Positions 37,101 through 49,529 of a DNA stretch of 64,000 bases are shown piece after piece. Within the stretch, counting starts at the first letter, position 1. Every line of letters begins with the position of its first letter. The translations under genes and the position numbers were made by a program. This DNA comes from Antedon mediterranea (lineage: Eukaryota; Animalia; Echinodermata): positions 10,724,352-10,788,351 of the forward strand of contig NC_092678.1 of assembly GCF_964355755.1 (NCBI RefSeq), read 5' to 3'. The notes beneath the pieces were generated by a model. The model had not been told where the DNA came from and ran no database searches. It saw nothing but the letters and a program-made list of their open reading frames with translations.

Positions 37101-40100
37101 ATTAAGCTATTTTGTGCTCTTTGATGTTTTTGTGTAACCAAGTTTTTTCGAAAATCACAAAATGGTCTAAAACGTCTCCAAATGCGATTTGAAGCTTTTC
37201 TAAGCACTTTGGTGTTTTTATGTTAACAAGTTTTTTCGAAAATCACAAAATGGTCTAAAACGTCTCAAAATGCGATTTGAAGGTATTCTGAGCACTTTGG
37301 TGTTTTTGTGTGAAAAGTTTTAACGAAATGCTCAAAATGGTCTAAAACGGTTTCTAATGTGATTTTAACCACTTTGATGTTTTTGTGTAACCAAGTTCTT
37401 TTCGAAAATCACAAAATGGTCTAAAACGTCTCCAAATGCGATTTGAAGCTTTTCTAAGCACTTTGGTGTTTTTATGTTAACAAGTTTTTTCGAAAATCAC
37501 AAAATGGTCTAAAACGTCTCAAAATGCGATTTGAAGGTATTCTGAGCACTTTGGTGTTTTTGTGTGAAAAGTTTTAACGAAATGCTCAAAATGGTCTAAA
37601 ACGGTTTCTAATGTGATTTTAACAACTTTGATGTTTTTGTGTAACCAAGTTTTTTCGAAAATCACAAAATGGTCTAAAACGTTTCCAAATGCGATTTGAA
37701 GCTTTTCTAAGCACTTTGGTGTTTTTATGTTAACAAGTTTTTTCGAAAATCACAAAATGGTCTAAAACGTCTCCAAATGCGATTTGAAGATATTCTGAGC
37801 ACTTTGGTGTTTTTCTGTTAAAAAGTATTTTCGAAAATCACAAAATGGTCTAAAACGTCTCCAAATGCAATTTGAAGCTATTCTGTACACTTTGATGTTT
37901 TGTGTGAAAAAGTTTTGTCAAAATGCTCAAAATGGTCTAAAACGTTTTTAAAACGATATTAAGCTATTTTGTGCTCTTTGATGTTTTTGTATAACCAAGT
38001 TTTTTCGAAAATCACAAAATGGTCTAAAACGTCTCCAAATGCGATTTGAAGCTTTTCTAAACACTTTGGTGTTTTTATGTTAACAAGTTTTTTCGAAAAT
38101 CACAAAATGGTCTAAAACGTCTCCAAATCCGATTTGAAGCTATTCTGTACACTTTGATGTTTTGTGTGAAAAAGTTTTGTCGAAATGCTCAAAATGGTCT
38201 AAAACGTTTTTAAAACGATATTAAGCTATTTTGTGCTCTTTGATGTTTTTGTGCAACCAAGTTTCATCGATATGAACAAAATGGTCTAAAACGTCTCAAA
38301 ATGCGATTTGAAGGTATTCTGAGCACTTTGGTGTTTTTGGGTGAAAAGTTTTAACGAAATGCTCAAAATGGTCTAAAACGGTTTCTAATGTGATTTTAAG
38401 CACTTTGAAGTATTTGTAAAAACAAGTTTCATCGAAATGCACAAAATAGTCTAAAACGTCTCCAAATGCGATTTGAAGCTTTTCTAAGCACTTTGGTGTT
38501 TTTATGTTAACAAGTTTTTTCGAAAATCACAAAATGGTCTAAAACGTCTCCAAATGCGATTTGAAGATATTCTGAGCACTTTGGTGTTTTTATGTTAAAA
38601 AGTATTTTCGAAAATCACAAAATGGTCTAAAACGTCTCCAAATGCGATTTGAAGCTCTTCTGTACACTTTGATGTTTTGTGTGAAAAAGTTTAGTCGAAA
38701 TGCTCAAAATGGTCTAAAACGTTTTTAAAACGATATTAAGCTATTTTGTGCTCTTTGATGTTTTTGTGTAACCAAGTTTCATCGAAATGAACAAAATGGT
38801 CTAAAACGTCTCCAAATGCGATTTGAAGCTTTTCTAAGCACTTTGGTGTTTTTATGTTAACAAGTTTTTTCGAAAATCACAAAATGGTCTAAAACGTCTC
38901 CAAATGCGATTTGAAGATATTCTGAGCACTTTGCTGTTTTTATGTTAACAAGTTTTTTCGAAAATCACAAAATGGTCTAAAACGTCTCAAAATGCTATTT
39001 GAAGGTATTCTGAGCACTTTGGTGTTTTTGTGTGAAAAGTTTTAACGAAATGCTCAAAATGGTCTAAAACGGTTCTAATGTGATTTTAAACACTTTGATG
39101 TTTTGTGTGAAAATGTTTTGTCAAAATGCTCAAAATGGTCTAAAACGTTTTTAAAACGATATTAAGCTATTTTGTGCTCTTTGATGTTTTTGTATAACCA
39201 AGTTTTTTCGAAAATCACAAAATGGTCTAAAACGTCTCCAAATGCGATTTGAAGATATTCTGAGCACTTTGGTGTTTTTATGTTAAAAAGTTTTTTCGAA
39301 AATCACAAAATGGTCTAAAACGTCTCCAAATGCGATTTGAAGATATTCTGAGCACTTTGGTGTTTTTATGTTAAAAAGTTTTTTCGAAAATCACAAAATG
39401 GTCTAAAACGTCTCCAAATGCGATTTGAAGCTATTCTATACACTTTGATGTTTTGTGTTAAAAAGTTTAGTCGAAATGCTCAAAATGGTTTAAAACGTTT
39501 TTAAAACGATATTAAGCTATTTTGTGCTCTTTGATGTTTTTGTGTAACCAAGTTTCATCGAAATGAACAAAATGGTCTAAAACGTCTCCAAATGCGATTT
39601 GAAGCTTTTCCAAGCACTTTGCTGTTTTTATGTTAACAAGTTTTTTCGAAAATCACAAAATTGTCTAAAACGTCTCAAAATGCGATTTGAAGGTATTCTG
39701 AGCACTTTGGTGTTTTTGTGTGAAAAGTTTTAACGAAAAGCTCAAAATGGTCTAAAACGGTTCTAATGTGATTTTAAGCACTTTGATGTTTTTGTACAAC
39801 CAAGTTTCATCGAAATGCTCAAAATGGTCTAAAACGTTTTTAAAACGATATTAAGCTATTTTGTGCTCTTTGATGTTTTTGTGTAACCAAGTTTTTTCGA
39901 AAATCACAAAATGGTCTAAAACGTCTCAAAATGCGATTTGAAGGTATTCTGAGCACTTTGGTGTTTTTGTGTGAAAAGTTTTAACGAAATGCTCAAAATG
40001 GTCTAAAACGGTTTCTAATGTGATTTTAACCACTTTGATGTTTTTGTGTAACCAAGTTCTTTTCGAAAATCACAAAATGGTCTAAAACGTCTCCAAATGC

Positions 40101-43100
40101 GATTTGAAGCTTTTCTAAGCACTTTGGTGTTTTTATGTTAACAAGTTTTTTCGAAAATCACAAAATGGTCTAAAACGTCTCAAAATGCGATTTGAAGGTA
40201 TTCTGAGCACTTTGGTGTTTTTGTGTGAAAAGTTTTAACGAAATGCTCAAAATGGTCTAAAACGGTTTCTAATGTGATTTTAACCACTTTGATGTTTTTG
40301 TGTAACCAAGTTCTTTTCGAAAATCACAAAATGGTCTAAAACGTCTCCAAATGCGATTTGAAGCTTTTCTAAGCACTTTGGTGTTTTTATGTTAACAAGT
40401 TTTTTCGAAAATCACAAAATGGTCTAAAACGTCTCAAAATGCGATTTGAAGGTATTCTGAGCACTTTGGTGTTTTTGTGTGAAAAGTTTTAACGAAATGC
40501 TCAAAATGGTCTAAAACGGTTTCTAATGTGATTTTAACCACTTTGATGTTTTTGTGTAACCAAGTTTTTTCGAAAATCACAAAATGGTCTAAAACGTCTC
40601 CAAATGCGATTTGAAGCTTTTCTAAGCACTTTGGTGTTTTTATGTTAACAAGTTTTTTCGAAAATCACAAAATGGTCTAAAACGTCTCCAAATGCGATTT
40701 GAAGCTATTCTGTACACTTTGATGTTTTGTGTGAAAAGTTTTAACGAAATGCTCAAAATTGTCTAAAACGGTTTCTAATGTGATTTTAAGCACTTTGATG
40801 TTTTTGTAAAACCAAGTTTCATCGAAATGCACAAAATGGTCTAAAACGTCTCCAAATGCGATTTGAAGCTTTTCCAAGCACTTTGGTGTTTTTATGTTAA
40901 CAAGGTTTTTCGAAAATCACAAAATGGTCTAAAACGTCTCGAAATGCGATTTGAAGCTTTTCCAAGCACTTTGCTGTTTTTATGTTAACAAGTTTTTTCG
41001 AAAATCACAAAATGGTCTAAAACGTCTCAAAATACGATATTAAGCTGTTTTGTGCACTTTGATGATTTGTGTGAAAAGTTTTAACGAAATGCTCAAAATG
41101 GTCTAAAACGGTTTCTAATGTGATTTTAAGCACTTTGATGTTTTTATGTAGCCAAGTTTTTTCGAAAATCACAAAATGGTCAAAAACGTCTCCAAATGCG
41201 ATTTGAAGCTTTTCTAAGCACTTTGGTTTTTTTATGTTAACAAGTTTTTTCGAAAATCACAAAATGGTCTAAAACGTCTTCAAATGCGATTTGAAGATAT
41301 TCTGAGCACTTTGGTGTTTTTCTGTTAAAAAGTATTTTCGAAAATCACAAAATGGCCTAAAACGTCTCCAAATGCGATTTGAAGCTATTCTGTACACTTT
41401 GATGTTTTGTGTGAAAAAGTTTTGTCAAAATGCTCAAAATGGTCTAAAACGTTTTTAAAACGATATTAAGCTATTTTGTGCTCTTTGATGTGTTTGTATA
41501 ACCAAGTTTTTTCGAAAATCACAAATTGGTCTAAAACGTCTCCAAATGCGATTTGAAGCTTTTCCAAGCACTTTGCTGTTTTTATGTTAACAATTTTTTT
41601 CGAAAATCATAAAATGGTCTAAAACGTCTCCAAATGCGATTTGAAGCTATTCTGTACACTTTGATGTTTTGTGTGAAAAGTTTTGTCGAAATGCTCAAAA
41701 TGGTCTAAAACGTTTTTAAAACGATATTAAGCTATTTTGTGCTCTTTGATGTTTTTGTGTAACCAAGTTTCATCGAAATGAACAAAATGGTCTAAAACGT
41801 CTCCAAATGCGATTTGAAGCTTTTCTAAGCACTTTGGTGTTTTTATGTTAACAAGTTTTTTCGAAAATCACAAAATGGTCTAAAACGTCTCCAAATGCGA
41901 TTTGAAGATATTCTGAGCACTTTGCTGTTTTTATGTTAACAAGTTTTTTCGAAAATCACAAAATGGTCTAAAACGTCTCAAAATGCTATTTGAAGGTATT
42001 CTGAGCACTTTGGTGTTTTTGTGTGAAAAGTTTTAACGAAATGCTCAAAATGGTCTAAAACGGTTCTAATGTGATTTTAAGCACTTTGATGTTTTTGTAT
42101 AACCAAGTTTCATCGAAATGCTCAAAATGGTCTAAAACGTTTTTAAAACGATATTAAGCTATTTTGTGCTCTTTGATGTTTTTGTGTAACGAAGTTTCAT
42201 CGAAATGAACAAAATGGTCTAAAACGTCTCCAAATGCGATTTGAAGCTTTTCCAAGCACTTTGCTGTTTTTATGTTAACAAGTTTTTTCGAAAATCACAA
42301 AATGGCCTAAAACGTCTCAAAATGCGATTTCAAGGTATTCTGAGCACTTTGGTGTTTTTGTGTGAAAGGTTTTAACGAAATGCTCAAAATGGTCTAAAAC
42401 GGTTTCTAATGTGATTTTAAGCACTTTGATGTTTTTGTATAACCAAGTTTCATCGAAATGCACAAAATGGTCTAAAACGTCTCCAAATGCGATTTGAAGC
42501 TTTTCTAAGCACTTTGCTGTTTTTATGTTAACAAGTTTTTTCGAAAATCACAAAATGGTCTAAAACGTCTCCAAATGCGATTTGAAGATATTCTGAGCAC
42601 TTTGGTGTTTTTATGTTAAAAAGTTTTTTCGAAAATCACAAAATGGTCTAAAACGTCTCCAAATGCGATTTGAAGATATTCTGAGCACTTTGGTGTTTTT
42701 ATGTTAAAAAGTTTTTTCGAAAATCACAAAATGGTCTAAAACGTCTCCAAATGCGATTTGAAGCTATTCTGTACACTTTGATGTTTTGTGTGAAAAAGTT
42801 TTGTCGAAATGCTCAAAATGGTCTAAAACGTTTTTAAAACGATATTAAGCTATTTTGTGCTCTTTGATGTTTTTCTGTAACCAAGTTTTATCGAAATGAA
42901 CAAAATGGTCTAAAACGTCTCCAAATGCGATTTGAAGCTTTTCCAAGCACTTTGCTGTTTTTATGTTAACAAGTTTTTTCGAAAATCACAAAATGGTCTA
43001 AAACGTCTCAAAATGCGATTTGAAGGTATTCTGAGCACTTTGGTGTTTTTGTGTGAAAAGTTTTAACGAAATGCTCAAAATTGTCTAAAACGGTTTCTAA

Positions 43101-45481
43101 TGTGATTTTAAGCACTTTGATGTTTTTGTAAAACCAAGTTTCATCGAAATGAACAAAATGGTCTAAAATGTCTCCAAATGCGATTTGAAGCTTTTCCAAA
43201 CACTTTACTGTTTTTATGTTAACAAGCTTTTTCGAAAATCACAAAATGGTCTAAAACGTCTCCAAATGCGATTTGAAGATATTCTGAGCACTTTGGTGTT
43301 TTTATGTTAAAAAGTTTTTTCGAAAATCACAAAATGGTCTAAAACGTCTCCAAATGCGATTTGAAGATATTCTGAGCACTTTGGTGTTTTTATGTTAAAA
43401 AGTTTTTTCGAAAATCACAAAATGGTCTAAAACGTCTCCAAATGCGATTTGAAGCTATTCTGTACACTTTGATGTTTTGTGTGAAAAAGTTTTGTCGAAA
43501 TGCTCAAAATGGTTTAAAACGTTTTTAAAACGATATTAAGTTATTTTGTGCTCTTTGATGTTTTTGTGTAACCAAGTTTCATCGAAATGAACAAAATGGT
43601 CTAAAACGTCTCCAAATGCGATTTGAAGCTTTTCCAAGCACTTTGCTGTTTTTATGTTAACAAGTTTTTTCGAAAATCACAAAATGGCCTAAAACGTCTC
43701 AAAATGCGATTTGAAGGTATTCTGAGCACTTTGGTGTTTTTGTGTGAAAAGTTTTAACGAAATGCTCAAAATGGTCTAAAACGGTTCTAATGTGATTTTA
43801 AGCTATTCTAGACACTTTGATGTTTTGTGTGAAAAAGTTTTCTCGAAATGCTCAAAATGGTCTAAAACGTTTTCCAATACCATATTAAGCTATTTTGTGC
43901 AATTTGATGTTTTTGTGTAACCAAGTTTTTTGAAATGCGATTTGAAGATATTCTGAGGACTTTGGTGTTTTTATGTTAAAAAGTTTTTTCGAAAATCACA
44001 AAATGGTCTAAAACGTCTCCAAATGCGATTTGAAGATATTCTGAGCACTTTGGTGTTTTTATGTTAAAAAGTTTTTTCGAAAATCACAAAATGGTCTAAA
44101 ACGTCTCCAAATGCGAGTTGAAGCTATTCTGTACACTTTGATGTTTTGTGTGAAAAAGTTTTGTCGAAATGCTCAAAATGGTCTAAAACGTTTTTAAAAC
44201 GATATTAAGCTATTTTGTGCTCTTTGATGTTTTTGTGTAACCAAGTTTTTTCGAAAATCACAAAATGGTCTAAAACGTCTCCAAATGCGATTTGAAGCTT
44301 TTCTAAGCACTTTGGTGTTTTTATGTTAACAAGTTTTTTCGCAAATCACAAAATGGTCTAAAACGTCTCCAAATGCGATTTGAAGATATTCTGAGCACAT
44401 TGGTGTTTTTATGTTAAAAAGTTTTTTCGAAAATCACAAAATGGTCTAAAACGTTTCCAAATGCGATTTGAAGCTCTTCTGTACACTTTGATGTTTTGTG
44501 TGAAAAAGTTTTGTCGAAATGCTCAAAATGGTCTAAAACGTTTTTAAATACGATATTAAGCTGTTTTGTGCACTTTGATGGTTTGTGTGAAAAGTTTTAA
44601 CGAAATGCTCAAAATGGTCAAAAACGGTTTCTAATGTGATTTTAAGCACTTTGATGTTTTTGTGTAACCAAGTTTTTTCGAAAATCACAAAATGGTCTAA
44701 AACGTCTCCAAATGCGATTTGAAGCTTTTCTAAACACTTTGGTGTTTTTATGTTAACAAGTTTTTTCGAAAATCACAAAATGGTCTAAAACGTCTCCAAA
44801 TGCGATTTGAAGATATTCTGTACACTTTGATGTTTTGTGTGAAAAAGTTTTCTCGAAATGCTCAAAATGGTCTAAAACGTTTTCCAATACCATATTAAGC
44901 TATTTTGTGCAATTTGATGTTTTTATGTAACCAAGTTTTTTGAAATGCGATTTGAAGATATTCTGAGCACTTTGGTGTTTTTATGTTAAAAAGTTTTTTC
45001 GAAAATCACAAAATGGTCTAAAACGTCTCCAAATGCGATTTGAAGATATTCTGAGCACTTTGGTGTTTTTATGTTAAAAAGTTTTTTCGAAAATCACAAA
45101 ATGGTCTAAAACGTCTCCAAATGCGATTTGAAGCTATTCTGTACACTTTGATGTTTTGTGTGAAAAAGTTTTGTCGAAATGCTCAAAATGGTCTAAAACG
45201 TTTTTAAAACGATATTAAGCTATTTTGTGCTCTTTGATGTTTTTGTGTAACCAAGTTTTTTCGAAAATCACAAAATGGTCTAAAACGTCTCCAAATGCGA
45301 TTTGAAGCTTTTCTAAGCACTTTGGTGTTTTTATGTTAACAAGTTTTTTCGAAAATCACAAAATGGTCTAAAACGTCTCAAAATGCGATTTGAAGGTATT
45401 CTGAGCACTTTGGTGTTTTTGTGTGAAAAGTTTTAACGAAATGCTCAAAATGGTCTAAAACGGTTTCTAATGTGATTTTAA
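31125..45481 (+). repeat. ~14.3-kb near-identical duplicate of ~6290-20482
   Basis: Rare variant AACTAG at 6661 and 31494 (offset 24833). ORF pairs 8195/33028 and 10224/35057 have offset 24833; 15678/40677 and 18009/43008 have offset 24999. Confidence 0.88.
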
Positions 45482-47430
45482 CCACTTTGATGTTTTTGTG
45501 TAACCAAGTTCTTTTCGAAAATCACAAAATGGTCTAAAACGTCTCCAAATGCGATTTGAAGCTTTTCTAAGCACTTTGGTGTTTTTATGTTAACAAGTTT
45601 TTTCGAAAATCACAAAATGGTCTAAAACGTCTCAAAATGCGATTTGAAGGTATTCTGAGCACTTTGGTGTTTTTGTGTGAAAAGTTTTAACGAAATGCTC
45701 AAAATGGTCTAAAACGGTTTCTAATGTGATTTTAACAACTTTGATGTTTTTGTGTAACCAAGTTTTTTCGAAAATCACAAAATGGTCTAAAACGTTTCCA
45801 AATGCGATTTGAAGCTTTTCTAAGCACTTTGGTGTTTTTATGTTAACAAGTTTTTTCGAAAATCACAAAATGGTCTAAAACGTCTCCAAATGCGATTTGA
45901 AGATATTCTGAGCACTTTGGTGTTTTTCTGTTAAAAAGTATTTTCGAAAATCACAAAATGGTCTAAAACGTCTCCAAATGCAATTTGAAGCTATTCTGTA
46001 CACTTTGATGTTTTGTGTGAAAAAGTTTTGTCAAAATGCTCAAAATGGTCTAAAACGTTTTTAAAACGATATTAAGCTATTTTGTGCTCTTTGATGTTTT
46101 TGTATAACCAAGTTTTTTCGAAAATCACAAAATGGTCTAAAACGTCTCCAAATGCGATTTGAAGCTTTTCTAAACACTTTGGTGTTTTTATGTTAACAAG
46201 TTTTTTCGAAAATCACAAAATGGTCTAAAACGTCTCCAAATCCGATTTGAAGCTATTCTGTACACTTTGATGTTTTGTGTGAAAAAGTTTTGTCGAAATG
46301 CTCAAAATGGTCTAAAACGTTTTTAAAACGATATTAAGCTATTTTGTGCTCTTTGATGTTTTTGTGTAACCAAGTTTCATCGATATGAACAAAATGGTCT
46401 AAAACGTCTCAAAATGCGATTTGAAGGTATTCTGAGCACTTTGGTGTTTTTGTGTGAAAAGTTTTAACGAAATGCTCAAAATGGTCTAAAACGGTTTCTA
46501 ATGTGATTTTAACCACTTTGATGTTTTTGTGTAACCAAGTTCTTTTCGAAAATCACAAAATGGTCTAAAACGTCTCCAAATGCGATTTGAAGCTTTTCTA
46601 AGCACTTTGGTGTTTTTATGTTAACAAGTTTTTTCGAAAATCACAAAATGGTCTAAAACGTCTCAAAATGCGATTTGAAGGTATTCTGAGCACTTTGGTG
46701 TTTTTGTGTGAAAAGTTTTAACGAAATGCTCAAAATGGTCTAAAACGGTTTCTAATGTGATTTTAACAACTTTGATGTTTTTGTGTAACCAAGTTTTTTC
46801 GAAAATCACAAAATGGTCTAAAACGTTTCCAAATGCGATTTGAAGCTTTTCTAAGCACTTTGGTGTTTTTATGTTAACAAGTTTTTTCGAAAATCACAAA
46901 ATGGTCTAAAACGTCTCCAAATGCGATTTGAAGATATTCTGAGCACTTTGGTGTTTTTCTGTTAAAAAGTATTTTCGAAAATCACAAAATGGTCTAAAAC
47001 GTCTCCAAATGCAATTTGAAGCTATTCTGTACACTTTGATGTTTTGTGTGAAAAAGTTTTGTCAAAATGCTCAAAATGGTCTAAAACGTTTTTAAAACGA
47101 TATTAAGCTATTTTGTGCTCTTTGATGTTTTTGTATAACCAAGTTTTTTCGAAAATCACAAAATGGTCTAAAACGTCTCCAAATGCGATTTGAAGCTTTT
47201 CTAAACACTTTGGTGTTTTTATGTTAACAAGTTTTTTCGAAAATCACAAAATGGTCTAAAACGTCTCCAAATCCGATTTGAAGCTATTCTGTACACTTTG
47301 ATGTTTTGTGTGAAAAAGTTTTGTCGAAATGCTCAAAATGGTCTAAAACGTTTTTAAAACGATATTAAGCTATTTTGTGCTCTTTGATGTTTTTGTGTAA
47401 CCAAGTTTCATCGATATGAACAAAATGGTC
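45370..47430 (+). repeat. Tandem duplication of a 1,031-bp higher-order unit (2 copies)
   Basis: AACAACT at 45734/46765, TCCGATTTG at 46241/47272 and CGATATGAAC at 46381/47412; all offsets are 1031. Confidence 0.88.
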
Positions 47431-49529
47431 TAAAACGTCTCAAAATGCGATTTGAAGGTATTCTGAGCACTTTGGTGTTTTTGGGTGAAAAGTTTTAACG
47501 AAATGCTCAAAATGGTCTAAAACGGTTTCTAATGTGATTTTAAGCACTTTGAAGTATTTGTAAAAACAAGTTTCATCGAAATGCACAAAATAGTCTAAAA
47601 CGTCTCCAAATGCGATTTGAAGCTTTTCTAAGCACTTTGGTGTTTTTATGTTAACAAGTTTTTTCGAAAATCACAAAATGGTCTAAAACGTCTCCAAATG
47701 CGATTTGAAGATATTCTGAGCACTTTGGTGTTTTTATGTTAAAAAGTATTTTCGAAAATCACAAAATGGTCTAAAACGTCTCCAAATGCGATTTGAAGCT
47801 CTTCTGTACACTTTGATGTTTTGTGTGAAAAAGTTTAGTCGAAATGCTCAAAATGGTCTAAAACGTTTTTAAAACGATATTAAGCTATTTTGTGCTCTTT
47901 GATGTTTTTGTGTAACCAAGTTTCATCGAAATGAACAAAATGGTCTAAAACGTCTCCAAATGCGATTTGAAGCTTTTCTAAGCACTTTGGTGTTTTTATG
48001 TTAACAAGTTTTTTCGAAAATCACAAAATGGTCTAAAACGTCTCCAAATGCGATTTGAAGATATTCTGAGCACTTTGCTGTTTTTATGTTAACAAGTTTT
48101 TTCGAAAATCACAAAATGGTCTAAAACGTCTCAAAATGCTATTTGAAGGTATTCTGAGCACTTTGGTGTTTTTGTGTGAAAAGTTTTAACGAAATGCTCA
48201 AAATGGTCTAAAACGGTTCTAATGTGATTTTAAACACTTTGATGTTTTGTGTGAAAAAGTTTTGTCAAAATGCTCAAAATGGTCTAAAACGTTTTTAAAA
48301 CGATATTAAGCTATTTTGTGCTCTTTGATGTTTTTGTATAACCAAGTTTTTTCGAAAATCACAAAATGGTCTAAAACGTCTCCAAATGCGATTTGAAGAT
48401 ATTCTGAGCACTTTGGTGTTTTTATGTTAAAAAGTTTTTTCGAAAATCACAAAATGGTCTAAAACGTCTCCAAATGCGATTTGAAGATATTCTGAGCACT
48501 TTGGTGTTTTTATGTTAAAAAGTTTTTTCGAAAATCACAAAATGGTCTAAAACGTCTCCAAATGCGATTTGAAGATATTCTGAGCACTTTGGTGTTTTTA
48601 TGTTAAAAAGTTTTTTCGAAAATCACAAAATGGTCTAAAACGTCTCCAAATGCGATTTGAAGCTATTCTATACACTTTGATGTTTTGTGTTAAAAAGTTT
48701 AGTCGAAATGCTCAAAATGGTTTAAAACGTTTTTAAAACGATATTAAGCTATTTTGTGCTCTTTGATGTTTTTGTGTAACCAAGTTTCATCGAAATGAAC
48801 AAAATGGTCTAAAACGTCTCCAAATGCGATTTGAAGCTTTTCCAAGCACTTTGCTGTTTTTATGTTAACAAGTTTTTTCGAAAATCACAAAATTGTCTAA
48901 AACGTCTCAAAATGCGATTTGAAGGTATTCTGAGCACTTTGGTGTTTTTGTGTGAAAAGTTTTAACGAAAAGCTCAAAATGGTCTAAAACGGTTCTAATG
49001 TGATTTTAAGCACTTTGATGTTTTTGTACAACCAAGTTTCATCGAAATGCTCAAAATGGTCTAAAACGTTTTTAAAACGATATTAAGCTATTTTGTGCTC
49101 TTTGATGTTTTTGTGTAACCAAGTTTTTTCGAAAATCACAAAATGGTCTAAAACGTCTCAAAATGCGATTTGAAGGTATTCTGAGCACTTTGGTGTTTTT
49201 GTGTGAAAAGTTTTAACGAAATGCTCAAAATGGTCTAAAACGGTTTCTAATGTGATTTTAACCACTTTGATGTTTTTGTGTAACCAAGTTCTTTTCGAAA
49301 ATCACAAAATGGTCTAAAACGTCTCCAAATGCGATTTGAAGCTTTTCTAAGCACTTTGGTGTTTTTATGTTAACAAGTTTTTTCGAAAATCACAAAATGG
49401 TCTAAAACGTCTCAAAATGCGATTTGAAGGTATTCTGAGCACTTTGGTGTTTTTGTGTGAAAAGTTTTAACGAAATGCTCAAAATGGTCTAAAACGGTTT
49501 CTAATGTGATTTTAACCACTTTGATGTTT